Shown here one piece after another: positions 13,605-25,735 of a stretch of DNA of 64,000 bases. The notes below the pieces were generated by a model. It saw nothing but the letters and a program-made list of their open reading frames with translations, was not told the DNA's origin and ran no database searches. Origin of the DNA: Scenedesmus sp. PABB004. Taxonomy: Eukaryota. The number at the start of each line of letters is the position of its first letter. The stretch's first letter is position 1. The translations under genes and the position numbers were made by a program. Where the stretch lies: assembly GCA_014905635.1 (NCBI GenBank), contig CM026547.1, positions 4,526,001 through 4,590,000 of the forward strand. The letters are read 5' to 3'.

Positions 13605-13961
13605 ATGCCCGGCGCCCCGGGCGGGCAGCAGCCCGCCAGCGGGAGCAAGGGCTGGCCGTTCCCCGGCCCAGCCGCGTCCGCCATGCCGGGAGGCGGTGCC
13701 CAGGCCCCCCGCGTGCCGGGCGGGCCCGGCGGGCCGGCGGGCGCGCGGCTCGCCGGCGGCGGCGGCAGCAGCGGCGGCAGCCCGGCGCACGGCGGCGGCA
13801 GCCTTGCACAGGGGCTGCGAATGATTTGGACGGTCGCGGTCAAGCGCAACGCCCTGCCCTCCTCGCTCGCCCTGCTCGGCGGCGTGCTGTTGGCGGATGC
13901 GCTGCTGTATCCTGGCGTCCAGGCGCGCCGTCGCGCTGCGGCGGCGGCACCGCCCGCGTGA
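13605..13961 (+). CDS. Small Gly/Pro-rich protein with one C-terminal hydrophobic segment (hypothetical)
   Basis: ATG in ACCATG context. MPGAPGG...LRMIWTVAVKRNALPSSLALLGGVLLADALLYPGVQ. The 3' end may be spliced at CAG|GCGCGC (13923). Confidence 0.35.
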   Translation: MPGAPGGQQPASGSKGWPFPGPAASAMPGGGAQAPRVPGGPGGPAGARLAGGGGSSGGSPAHGGGSLAQGLRMIWTVAVKRNALPSSLALLGGVLLADALLYPGVQARRRAAAAAPPA

Positions 13962-14465
13962 GCGCGCGCGCGCGTGCGTGCGGCCGCCCCCGCACACGAT
14001 TCTTGGCGGCGGCCTCGCCAGCGCGCCGGCGGCGCCCCCTGTGCCCGCCGCGCGGCGCTGCGCGAACGAAATCTGTATGCGCCAGATGGCGCGCCAGGCC
14101 ATTGTTGGCGCGCCACCGCGCATTGTTTGGGCGCGCCGCCGTGATTGCGGCGGCGGCCGCCTGCCTGTATCCTGTAGCAAGCTGCGATCGATGTCCGCGC
14201 GGCGCGCGCGCGTGGTGTGAAAACTCCGGGGGCGATTGTCGGCGTGGCGCGGGACGGGATTTGAGATCGGGGCGGCGACGGGGGTCGCGGTAAGCGTGGC
14301 GTTGCATCGCCGCTCGCGGGCGCCGCCGCCGACCCCGCGCAGCAGCGGCCGGCCGCTCGACGTGCCCCCGCCGGATATGGTACACACGCAGCCCTCTCCG
14401 CTCCCGCTGCGCCGGCGCCGCGCGGCGCCGCCGAGCGGCAGCGGCCCCCAGCGCCGCGGGCCGCC

Positions 14466-14525
14466 TCAGACGAGCAGCACCGCGTTGATGCAGCCGTCGT
14501 TCTCGGGGTTGTTGGTCACCTGCCC

Positions 14526-14556
<31 letters not shown>

Positions 14557-16352
14557 GGCGTCAGCCGCCAGCCCCCGTGGCGCCCGCGCTGGCCGGCCCG
14601 CCCCCCGCCGCGCGCCGCGCGCCCCGCCCCGCCCTTGCCAGCCCTTGCCGGCCCGCGCCCGCGCCGCCGCGCCGCCGTCACCTGGGCGTACTTGCCCCAG
14701 ACGACCTTGCCGCCGGGCGTGACCAGGCCCAGCTCGCTCACGTTGACCTCCACGATCGTGCCCTGTGTGGCGCACGCGGCAGCGCGGGCGGGCGGCGCGT
14801 GGGCGCGGCGGCGGGGCGGCGCCGGCGCGCCGCGGGAGCAGCAGCACCCAGCAGGCGCGGCGGCAGCGGCAGCTCCCGGTGTGCCTAGGCAGGCCCACCT
14901 TGGTGATGACGCCGAGGCTGCTGTACATCGCGCCGTTGGGGTTCTTCTTGACGCCGAGGATGTCGAGGCAGAACGTGGCCTTGAGCTCCGGGTGCGTCAC
15001 GTGCGCCTTGGTCATGCGCAGCCCTGCGGCGCGCGGGCGCAGGCGGGGGCGCGTGGGCGCGCGCGCGGGTGCGTGCGCGTGCGTGCGCGTCCGCAGCTGC
15101 GTGCCCGCCCGCAGCCCGCCGCCCGCCGCCCGCCGCCCACCACACGCCGCCGGCGCCTGCAGCAGCGGCTGCCGCCGCCGCCCCGCAGCCGCTGGCGCTG
15201 CCTGCGCCGCCGCGCACGCACCGGTGGGCCTGATGAAGCGCTCGTACTTGGGCGGCTTGCGCGTGAAGCCGGGCCCCACAAACGTGACCTTGGTGATCAT
15301 GCGCTTCCACGACTTCTTGCCGCGCTTGCCGCTCTTGAGCACCCGGAACATCTCGTCCTCAGCCACCGGCCGCACCTGCGACGCGGCGGCGGCGCGGCGG
15401 CGGCGCGGCGGCGGCGCGTCGGCGCGGAGCGGCGCGGCGCGGAGCAGCGGCGCGGCGGCGCGGCGGCGCGGCTGCGTGCCCGCGCGGCGTCGGGCGGCGC
15501 CGGCCGGCGCGCGCGCGCACCTTGGGCAGCGGCACCTCCCACTTGCCCGCCTTCTCCTTGCGCTTCTGCTTGATCGTGTTGCTCAGCACCTTGGCGCGGT
15601 CCACCTGCGGCGGCCCAGCGACGGCGCGGCGGCGTGAGCGCCCACCCGCCGCGCCGCCGCGCCCGCGCCCGCTGCGCCGCCGCGGCTGCCGCCGGCCCCA
15701 CGCCCGCGCCCGCCACGCCGCCGCGCCCGCCGCGCCCGCGCGCACGCATGCGGGCGCACCTGGTCGCGCTCGAGCAGGTACGCGGGGACCGCGTTCTGCG
15801 GCGCGCCGTCGTCGGCCTTGTGCTTCTGCTCCTTCTCCTCGTGCATCGCGATTGTCTTCTTCATCAGCGCCTTCTCCGCGTGCCGCTTCTTGGCAAACAT
15901 CTTGCCCTTGAGCCCGAGCGCCTTCTTGGCGTACTCGGCGCGCTTGTGCACCTGCGCGGCGCGCGCGGCGCGGGACGCGCGGCGCGGACGGCGCGCGGCG
16001 GGGCGCGCGTGAGCCCGGTGCGGGAGCGGGCGGGGGCGCCTGGCGCCTGCGCGCCGCCCTCGCTGCGTCGGGCGACGGGCGGGGGCGCGCCGGCCGCCGC
16101 GGGGGCGGCGGCGGGCGCGGCAGCAGCAGCAGCGCCGCCGCCGCCGCCGCCGCTGCGCCGCGCCGGCGCGCCGGCGCGCCGCCTGTCGCTGCCGCGCGCC
16201 CGTCGCCTGGCGCGGCCCGGCGCGGTGGCGCGGGGCCGGCGGGCGCGCCCCCAGCGCACCTCGCGGGCCTCCTTCTTGCGCTTGCGCGTCTCATGGTCGA
16301 GCTGGCGGCCGTGCCGCTTGCGGTGCAGCTCTATGTGCTCGTTCTGCGGCAT
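14466..16352 (-). CDS. NSA2: Ribosome biogenesis protein NSA2
   Basis: [78 protein letters not shown]. Confidence 0.97.
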
Positions 16353-17125
16353 GGTGCCGACCGCCCCGAGCTACTCCGCCGGCGGCGCGGCCCGCGCGGG
16401 GGCCCTGGGCGCCGGGCGGGGCGCCGGCGGGCTGGCGCAGCGCCGGCGGGCGCGCCCTGCCCTGGGCCGCTGGCCCGAGCGCGGCGCGCGGTCGGCGTCG
16501 GCGCGGGAGCGGGCGCGCGCTGCGTGCGAGCAAGGGGCGGCTGCACGCGGAGGCTGCTGCTGCCGGGCGGCGGGCTGCTGCTGCGAGCGCCGGGGCTGGC
16601 GGTCAGGGCGGGGACACGCACGCCGCGGCGTCGAACGACTGGGCGGGGCGGGGCGGCGGTGCCGGGCGGTCATGCCGCCGCGGCGCGGCGGCGGCGCAGA
16701 CCGCGGCGGCGCGGGCCGTTCATCAGCGCTGGCCGTGCCGGGCCCGCGGGCGTGGCGGACTCGACAGAGCAGAGCTGCGGAGCGCCTGGCGGCGCAGCCA
16801 GCCCGCACGCGCTGGCTCCCGACCGCCGCCCGACGCGCCGGCGCCCGGCCGCCGCCGCCGCCGGGCGCCCGCGCGTTCGTGGATGAGTGGTGCTGGTGGC
16901 GGGGAGGTCTGTGCGATCACGCGAGGGAGCATTTTCGCGCCTCATTCAGACAGAACCCGGGCTGGCTGGGGACAGACTCCCTGGCCCGCGCGCCCAGGGC
17001 CCTCACAAGCGCGCCCGCCGCCACCCGGGAGCTCGGTCGCGCTCACACACACGCCGACCGCGCCCGAGCGGGCCAGGCAGCGGCGCCCTGCGCAGCCAGG
17101 CAGCGCGGCCCACCCCGCCGATGCG

Positions 17126-19451
17126 ATGAGCCCGCAGCTCGAATGGCGCCGGCGGCACATCCTCCGAGCGACGCTGGCAGCGCTCCTGGTGGCCAGCGCG
17201 GCGCTGGAGGCGAGCGGCGCGACGGCAGCAGCGGACGCGCGGCGGGCTGAGTGCTCGCGGCCGCCAATCATCGTGCTCCCAGGTGTGTTGGGCCATCCGC
17301 CGCGCCATCCGGCGGGCCCGCGGGCGCTCGCAGCGCGGCGCGGGGGTGGTTGGGGCGCCCGCCACTCGGACTGTTGGCGGGAGGCAGGCGCCCGCCGCGC
17401 CCGCGGCCCCAGCGCCGCCCGCGAGCTCCCGACCAGCTCGGTCAAGGCGCAAGGATCGCGTGGACGGCGCGGCAGCGTCTCGCGCGCGGGCGCCAGGCGG
17501 CAGCAACCGCCACGCCCGCGCGGGCGTGGCGGCCAGCCTGGCTCCGGCGCCGACGCGCCACTCGCGCCGCCCGCGCCGCCCGCCGCCGGTCCCCGGCAGG
17601 CATCATGGGCTCCGACCTGGACGTGCGGCTGTTCAGCACGCTCGGCGCGCCGTGCGGCAGCGGGCTGTCGAGCTTCACGCTCTGGCCGCCGTTCAACCCC
17701 GACCTGCTCACTAACTGGAGCTGCTTCAAATACCTGCTGCAGCCCGTGCCCTGCAGCGACGGCGGCAACGGCGGCGACGACGGCGACGACAGCGGCGGCG
17801 GCGGCAGCGGTGGTGACGGCAGCGGCAGCAGCGCCGGCAGCGGGAGCAGCAGCAGCGGCGGCGGCAGCGGCGGCAGCGGCGGCGGCGGCGGCGGGCGGGG
17901 GTCGATGTGCAGCAACCCGGGCGTGCGCACGTGGGTCGACCCAGGCGGCGTGGACGGGACCAAGACCTTTGCGTTCAAGCAGGGCGGCTACACCAAGCTC
18001 GTTGACTTTCTGGAGCGCGAGCTCGGCTACAGCCCCGGGCGCGACCTCTTTGCCGCGCCCTACGACTGGCGGCTCGACCTGTCCGCGCTGGACGAGGGCG
18101 GGCAGTTTGACGCGATCGCGCGCCGCGTGAGCGCCGCGGTGGCGCGCAACTGCGGGCGCAAGGCCATCCTGGTCGGGCACAGCATGGGCACGGTCGTCTC
18201 GCTCGGACTCCTGCAGCACCCGGCCTACGCGGCGTGGCGGTGCGCGCGCCCGGCGCGGGGCGGCCGCGGCGCCCGCTGCAGCGGCGGGGGGTGCGGTCGG
18301 GGCGCCGCCGCCGCCGCCGCCGCCGGCCGCCCACGACGCCGCCGCCGCCGCGCGCCGCGCCGCCGCCGCCGCCGCCGCGCGCAGCGAGGCCAACGTGCAG
18401 GCGTACGTCGCGCTCGCGCCGCCGCTGGGCGGCACGACCTATGCGATCGCGAGCAAGCTCGGTGGCAACCGCGTCAACCTGCTGCAGGCGCTCGGCGACC
18501 TGCTGCAGCCGCTGCTGAACGAGCTCATCTACCACGGCTCCCGGGGGCTGCCCTCGATGCTCATGCTCATGCCCTACCCAGGCATCTGGGGCCGGGACCA
18601 CGTGAGACGCGGCGCCCACCGCACGGCGCGGCAGCGGCGCAGCGCAGGGCGGGGCGGGGCGGCAGCAGGGCGACGGCGGCGGCGGGCCTCTCCCCGCGCG
18701 CGCGCGCCCACCGCCGCCGCCGCGTCGCGCCTGAGCAGGTGCTCGTGTCGACGCCGGAGCGCAACTACACGCTCGGGGGCATCACGTCCCTGTTTGAGGC
18801 GATCGGGGACACGCAGTCGGCGGAGCTTTACGACCAGGTGCACGACCTCAACACCCTCGTCGCCAAGGGCCCCGTGCCGGGCGTGCCAACGTACTGCATC
18901 TACGGTGCGCACGCATGCGCGCGCGGCGCCACGCCGCCGCGGCGCCGCGCGCCCGACACGGCCCCGCCCGCGGCGGCCCCGCCCCGCGGCGCCGCCGCCA
19001 GCCGCGTTGCCGCCGGGCCGCGGCGCGGCCGGCGCAGCCCCCTGCTCATGCCGCGGCGCGCCACCGCCGCGCGCAGGGAGCGGCGTCCCCACGGTGCAGA
19101 GCTGGAGCTACAGCCGCATCGTGCGGGACCGCCCCGCCGCGCCCGGTACCGCGACGCCGCGCACGATGGGCGACGGCGACGGCGTGGTCAACGTGGAGAG
19201 CATGCGGCTCTGCAGCCGGTGCGGGCGCGCGCGCGGCGGGCGGCCCGCGGCGGCGTGGCGCGGCGCGCGGCGCGACCGCGCGCGCCGCAGCTGCGGCCGA
19301 CGCCGCGCGCCGCGCGCCGCGCAGGCTCACCAACGCGAGCCGCATCTTTGAGCTGGGCGGCGGCGTGAACCACGGCAACGTGGTGTACCACCCCGACGCG
19401 CTGGACGTGGTGAAGACGGTGCTGCGCGAGGTGCTGAGCGGCGCCGCATGA
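17126..19451 (+). CDS. LCAT/group XV phospholipase A2-like acyltransferase with signal peptide/anchor
   Basis: PIIVLPGIMGS, APYDWR, ILVGHSMG (nucleophile Ser), YCIYGSG, GDGDGVV (Asp), VNHG (His). Hydrophobic N-terminus. Confidence 0.9.
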
Positions 19452-19764
19452 GCGCAGCTGGAGGGCACTGCGGCGCGCGCGAGAGCGAGCTCGAGCCCTG
19501 CCGCGAGGCAGGCTCCTGGGGGTGGATCACTGTACAGGCTTCAGCAGCAGCAGCAGGAACTCCTTTTGGCGCCGGCGCTGATCCGTCTCACGCGGCGCAG
19601 GCAGGCAGCTGCGCATGCGCGGCCGAACGCCTGGTCGTCGGAACGCTGGCGGGACTGGACTGGCTCGGCCGTGCGCGGCACTCGGAAGCCGCAGCGCGGC
19701 TCGCTGCGCAGGGCGGCGCCGCGCTCGGCGGCTGTGAAACCCCAAGCTCGAGCTGAGGCGCGCG

Positions 19765-19769
19765 TTACA
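19765..19769 (-). promoter_or_regulatory. TGTAA polyadenylation signal (CHLI2); similar signals at 24050, 35755 and 47803 for other minus-strand genes
   Basis: TTACA on the plus strand downstream of minus-strand stops. TGTAA is the established chlorophyte poly(A) signal and is rare at this GC content. Confidence 0.6.
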
Positions 19770-20038
19770 AGCGCGTGTGCGCCTGTGCCACGCGGTGGTC
19801 TGCCAACAGCCTCTCAGCCCCCGCATCCTGCGAGCGCCTGCCCCGCGACCCCCGCGAGACCCCAAAGCCCCGCAAAACGCCTGCCTGCCTGCCGCGGCTC
19901 GTCAGGAGAGAGAGAGAGAGAGGCCCGCCGCTGCGGGCAAGTCACCCGCCAGCCCGCCCGCCCGCCCGCGCGCCGTCCCTCACGCTCAGCACACGCACTC
20001 CCCCCAGGCCCCGCTGCGCTCACGGCGCACGCGCGCGC

Positions 20039-22346
20039 TCACCGCCGGCTGGGCAGGCCGCCCCACGCGCCGGCCTTCTTGTTGGCCTTGGCCGCCTCTG
20101 CCGCCGCGGCCTCCTGCTTCTGCTTGGCCGCCTCCTCGCGCTTGAGGAACTCTGGGTCGGTGAGGCGCTTGAACAGCAGCGCGACCTTGGTGCCGCTGTC
20201 GATGGGGTCCAGCGGGTCCTTCCGCAGCCTGCGTGCGCGGCGGCCGCGGCGGGCACGCGCGGCGGCGGCGGCGGCAGGAGGTGAGCGGGGGAGAAAGCGC
20301 TTGTTTGCCTGGGCGTCCGCGCGCGTGTGGGAGGGGTGCGGGCCGCGAGCGTGCGCCGCGCCTGTGGTTGAGGCAGCTCGACACCACGCGGCCCACGTCC
20401 TCCCGCAGCACCTCGGTGCGGCCCTCGTACGCGACCAGCGCCTTGACCGCCCTGCGCGGCGGCGGCGGCGGCGCACGTGCGGCACGCGGCGTGAGCGCCT
20501 GCCAGGGTGTGGGGCGCGCCGCCGCCGCGTTTGACCGCGTTTGACCGCGCACCGGTTGACCACCAGGTCGCCGCGCAGGCCGTCGACGTTGAGGCGCGAG
20601 CACATGTCGCTGATGAGCAGCTGCAGCTCGCGCGGCACCTTGATCCTGCGGCCACGCGCGCAGCACAGCGGCACAGCGCCGGCGGCGCGGCGCCGGTCGG
20701 CGCCGGGGCGGCGGGAGCGCGCGCGGGGCCCCGTCCCGCGCGGCGCGCGTAAGCGCGCGGCGGCGCACTTGGGCAGGCGCTCGCGCGCGGCGACGAGCTT
20801 GGCGGTGAGCGCCTCCTGGTCGGGGCGCACGCGCTCGAGGAACGCCTCGGGGTCTGCCTCAAAGGCGATGCGGTCGAGCACCATGTTGGTGCGCTGCCCC
20901 ACGTCCATGAGCGTCTTGACCTGGGCAGGTGCAGTGCAAGGTGCATTGCGTTGGGCGGGAGCGGGCGGGGGTGAGAGGGGGCAGGCCGCGCCGCGTGCGC
21001 GCATGCACGGCGCGCCGCCGGCGCCGCACCTGCACCGACATGCCGAAGCGGTCCAGCAGCTGCGGGCGCAGCTCGCCCTCCTGCGCGGCGGGCGGCGAGG
21101 CGGGGCGCGCGGCGGCCTGAGCGCGCCACACACAGAGCGCAGCGCCGTGCCGCCGCGCAGGGTTGACGCGAGCCCTGAACCCTCAACGCTGAGCCCTGAA
21201 CCCTGCGCACCGCGGGGTTGCCGCTGCCGATCATGATGAACTTTGCTGGGTGCGCGATGGAGATGCCCTCGCGCTCGACCGTGTTGACGCCGCTCGCGCT
21301 GCTGTCGAGCACCACGTCCACGAGCCCATCGTCAAGCAGGTTGACCTGTTTTTTGGTGGCGAGCACGCGCGCGCGGGCAGGCGGGCGGGCGGGTGGGTGC
21401 GTGAGCGGCGCGCGCGTGGGCAGAGGCCGCGCGGCGCGCCCCGCCGCGTGCCGCCCGCCACTTAATAAAACCCCGCGGCGCACCTCGTCGACATAGAGGA
21501 TGCCACGGTTCGCGCGCGCCTGCGCCCGGCGGCGCGGCGCGGCGCAGTGGTCGGGCGCGGTGCGCGGCGCGGTCGTGCGCGGCGGGCGTCGTGCGCGGCG
21601 CGGCGAGCGCGTGCGAGCCCCGCGCGGCGCGGTGCGGGGGGCGCACCAGCAGGCCCGGCTCGAAGGCCTTGACGCCCTCTGTGAGCGCCTTCTCGATGTC
21701 GATGGTCCCGCAGATGCGGTCCTCGGTCGCGCCGAGCGGCAGCTCCACGAGCGGCGTGCGCGCCGTCACGGCGGGCAGCGCCTCGCCCGCGCGGAGGCGC
21801 GCGAGCGCGTCGGGCCCCATGAGCGTCGGGTCGGTCGGGCTCGAGTTGAACGGGTCGCCCTCGACCACCTCCATCGGCGGCAGCAGGTCCGCGACCGCGC
21901 GCACCTGCGCGGCGCGGTGCGGCGATGCGGCACAGCCGCGCGGCGAGGTGCGTCGGCGCCGCGGCCGTTTTGGCGCCGCCCCGCGCGCGGCGCCCCCCCC
22001 CCCCCCCCCGCCGCGCCGCGCCGGTGGCCGCCCGGGGGGTGGCTCGGTGACGGTTCTGGCCAATGAGCCGCGCCCTCACCGCCACGGACTTGGCTGTGCC
22101 CCTGTCGCCCATGATGAGCACGCCGCCGATGTTGGGGTCGATCACGTTGAGCAGCAGCGCCAGCTTCATCTCCTCCTGGCCCTGAATTCGGGTAAAGGGG
22201 AACGCCAGCTGCTTCTTGGACACCCGCGCAGGCGCCTCCGCGGTGCCCGCCGCGCGCACGAGCCCGCGCCGGGGCGCGACGCCCGCCCGCCGCGCCCAGG
22301 CGCCGTGCGCGGCGCGCGGCCCGGCCACGCGCTGCTGGAGCTGCAT
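20039..22346 (-). CDS. CHLI2: Magnesium chelatase subunit I, CHLI2-type, with plastid transit peptide
   Basis: [89 protein letters not shown]-terminal KAGAWGGLP extension. Confidence 0.92.
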
Positions 22347-22752
22347 GACGGCCGGTCGAGCGGGCGGCGCGGCCAGGGGAGGCCGAATTGCGGGGCTGCT
22401 GCTGCTGCTCGCGGGCGAGCCGCCGGGGCGCAGGGAGGAGCCGGGCGGGGCCGTGCGCGCGGGTGCGATCCGAGGAGGGCGAGGACGGCCGAACGCGCCG
22501 GGGGATCTTGAAGGCGGCGCTTCATGCAAAGCGGCGGTGTTAAGGACGCGCCGCCTCGCTGCGGCGCGGTGGTTCGCGCCCGGCCCTTCCGGCCGAGCCG
22601 CCCGCTGCCGCGCTGGCCAGACACATGCACGCACACACCACGCCGACGCGCAAGCCGTCGCAGCGCTCGCCGCCGCTGCTGCGCAACTGGCCGCTGCCGC
22701 CAGCCTCTGCCGTTCCCGCCCAGCGCCCCACCAGCGAGCCAGCGTACCGGGA

Positions 22753-24001
22753 ATGCTGGCGGCGCGGCGGGCAGCGGCGGCGGCACCGGCGCGCGCGCCC
22801 CGCGCCGCGCCGGCCGCGCGCGCGCCGCCCCGCGCCAGTGCTGCGCGGCGGGCGCCCTGCCGCCGAGCCGTGCGGGCGCGCCTGTTCGACCGGTTGCGGG
22901 ACTTTGTCGCCGCCAGCAGCGGAGGCGGGGCTGAGGAGCGGCAGCGGCAGCAGGAGCAGCAGCAGCGAGGCGCGAGCGCCGGCGGCGAGCTCGACGGCGA
23001 GGAGGAGGAGGGCGCGGAGCTGGTCCCCATCGACACCGAGGGCCGCGGCGGGCTCGGGGGCACGTCGGACGGCGCGTTCGGCCCGCTGGTGCGCCGCCCG
23101 CGGCGCGGCGCGGCGCGGCGGGGCAGCCGTGAACGCGCCCGCGACCGCCCCGCAGGCGGTGCTGCTGCTGGGCTTCCTGCCGGAGGAGTTTGATGCCTTC
23201 CGCGCGATGATGCTGGACATGGAGGCGGACGAGGTCAAGGTGCGGCGGCGCCCGCGGCGGCGGCGGGAGCTTGGGCGTAGCTGCACGCGCAGCCGCGCGC
23301 ACAGCCGAGCGCCGCCGCGCGCAGATCGTCGCCTGCACGCGCGCGATGCTCGGCAGCACGCTGCAGGCGGCGCTGGAGGCCGAAGCGCCCCAGTACGAGC
23401 AGGTGCGGCGGCGGCGGGGCGCCGCGGCCGCCGCTGTCGCGCCGCGCGCTGGCCGCTCTCTCACGGCCGCCCTTGCTGCGCCGCGCCCGCGCATGCGTAC
23501 AGCCGCCGCTGGGGCAGCGCCGCGCGGTCGTTCTGAGCGGCATGTACGGCTGTGAGGTCACCGAGGTCATCGCCGCGTACCGGGACGCGGGTGCGGGCAG
23601 GCAGAGGCGCGCTGCGATGCCGGGCGCTGGGCGCTGGGGTGTCGGGGCATGCGCTGCGCGGCCAGCCAGCAGGCGGCGGCTGCAGTTTGCGGCTGCGAGC
23701 CCCTCGGGCGCCGCCCACGCGGGGCCGCGCGCCGCCGCCCGCAGGCCTGCCGCCGTGCGCGTTTGCCGCGGCCGTGCCCAACAACTTCACCCGCAACGTC
23801 AAGGAGCTGAGCGAGGCGATCTGGCGCGACCACTCGGCGATGGTGCGGCGGCGCCGGGGCCGCACGAGCGAGCCGCGCGTGCTGCGGGCGGGGGGGGGGG
23901 GGGGGGCGCGCGCTCGACCGCCGCCGCCGCCGCCGCCGCCGCCCCAGCTGGCCAAGCAGCAGCAGCGGCGGGCCGGCAGCAGTGTGGAGGACGACAGCTA
24001 A
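22753..24001 (+). CDS. DUF3783-family protein, probably plastid-targeted
   Basis: Ala/Arg-rich transit peptide. [45 protein letters not shown]. Confidence 0.75.
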
Positions 24002-24385
24002 TGGCGCAGCGGCGCGGGCGCAGCGTGCAACTGCTCGCCAGACCCCAGTTTACACGCGCTGCCATGCGGCAGCTGCGGCCGCCACCGCGCTCACCAGAAC
24101 GAGCGGCCTGCGGGCAGCGGCGGGCGGCGCCTCCTCAGCACGGCCGTTCAGTCAGTCCAGGACGCCGACATCTTGGCCTGGGGCGGCGGGCCGCGCGTGC
24201 ATCAGCTTGCCCGCCACCAACACGCGCGCGCACATGCACGCCAGGCAGCACGCACGGCGCGACAGGCAAACAACAACGTCCGAGAGCCCCTGCCCGACTC
24301 ACGCGCGACGTGGGCGGGCCGCCGCGTGTGTGCGCTGCCGCCGCGCGTCGAGGCGGCGGGCCACTGGACCGCGGCGCGCGCCTGG

Positions 24386-25735
24386 TCACGCCGGCCACTC
24401 GGCGCTGAGGTCGTTTGTGGGCATTCCTGGCCACAGGCGGGGTGGGGAGCGGCAACACAGCCTCACACGCCCAGCACAGCACAGCGCGCGCGAGCGAGCC
24501 CGCGCCGCGGCGAGGCGGGCCTCAGAGCGGCTCGCCGTACACCTGAGCCCCTGGGGCCGGCAGGGCGCGGCGCGGCGGGTGGCCGTGGCCGCCGCACCAC
24601 CGCCGCAGACGCAGACGCACGCACACACGCGACGGCAGCACACGCCGCACGCAGCGCCCCGCCGCCCCGGGCGAGCCCGCCGCGCAGCCGCACCGTATGT
24701 GGGGTCGGCGTCGAGGTCAGCCTCCGCCACGTTGGTCAGCACCTCGGGCCGCTGCTGCAGCACCTGCGGGCGGCCGAGCGGGCTCGGCGGGTGCAGGTAC
24801 GCGGACAGCACGCGCGGACACGCGGCGGCCGCGAACCGCCGCGCCTGCAGGGGGTCCTCGCCGGGGAACCACTGCTCCAAGTTGCTGAGGCTCTGCGCCA
24901 GCTCCCGCGGACTGAGCAGGTAGGGCACGGCGCTAATGATCGCGTCCGGGTCGGCCGCCTTGGCCAGCATCTGCTTGACCTGCGCGCGAGGACGTGGCGT
25001 CAGCGCGGGCGGGCGCGGCGCGGGCGGGGGGCGGCGCGTGCAAACGCGGCGGCGGCCGCGCGGCCGCGCGGGCACCTGCCGCGCGTCGGCGGCGACGTCA
25101 ACGGCGGGCCGGAGCAGCAGCTTAGGCGTGCGCTTGATGACGGCGGCGACGTCGAGCCCCGGGAAGGTCGACTTTAGCGAGATGACCACCGCGACGACGC
25201 CGTCCGCCGCGGCGAGCACCTTGGCCCAGTCAGCGGCCTTCATGGCGTCCAGGCTGACCACGACGCCCGGCACCAGCGCGGCGAGCTTGGCCATGCCCTC
25301 CTCGATCACGCCGCGGTCCACGCCCTGCCGCGCGGCAGCGTCGACGATCTCCTTCAGCTCGCGCACGCGCCGCCGCTCCGCGAGGTCCAGCTGCTGAAAC
25401 GGCTGCACCTCCACGCGCTTCACGAACAGCGCGTCCCGCTGGAAGTGGGCCGCCGCCGGCCGCTGCTTGTCGGCGTCACTCGCGCCGCTGCTGCTGCTGC
25501 TCGGGGCCTTGTCGGCGCTGCCGGAGCCCGTGTCGCTGCGGACGTCGGCGTCCACGCGCGAGAAGGGGTCCAGGAAGTCGGCCGCCGCGGGCGACGGCTG
25601 CGCTCCAGGCGGCTGCGCGCCGGGCGGCGCCGGCAGCAGCAGCGCCGGCCGCCCGCGCCGCGCCGGCAGCGGCGCCGCGCCGCGCCGCCGCGGCCGCGCG
25701 TGCGCCCCGCACGCCCGACACGACGTCAGCCGCAT
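24386..25735 (-). CDS. Hypothetical organelle-targeted helical protein (weak mTERF-like P-x-L-L repeats)
   Basis: Four exons splice in frame. Transit-peptide-like start. LKSTFPGLDVAAVIKRTPKLL, ISAVPYLL, LQQRPEVL. Ends DLSAEWPA*. Confidence 0.65.
   Translation of the reverse strand: MRLTSCRACGAHARPRRRGAAPLPARRGRPALLLPAPPGAQPPGAQPSPAAADFLDPFSRVDADVRSDTGSGSADKAPSSSSSGASDADKQRPAAAHFQRDALFVKRVEVQPFQQLDLAERRRVRELKEIVDAAARQGVDRGVIEEGMAKLAALVPGVVVSLDAMKAADWAKVLAAADGVVAVVISLKSTFPGLDVAAVIKRTPKLLLRPAVDVAADARQVPARPRGRRRVCTRRPPPAPRPPALTPRPRAQVKQMLAKAADPDAIISAVPYLLSPRELAQSLSNLEQWFPGEDPLQARRFAAAACPRVLSAYLHPPSPLGRPQVLQQRPEVLTNVAEADLDADPTYGAAARRARPGRRGAACGVCCRRVCACVCVCGGGAAATATRRAAPCRPQGLRCTASRSEARLAAARARSRALCCAGRVRLCCRSPPRLWPGMPTNDLSAEWPA

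Noticed and set aside
13815..13922. QCR9 (complex III subunit 9) identity for the small ORF
   Set aside because: Only the KRN plus TM pattern matches. No N.GK.(W/Y).D exon was found.
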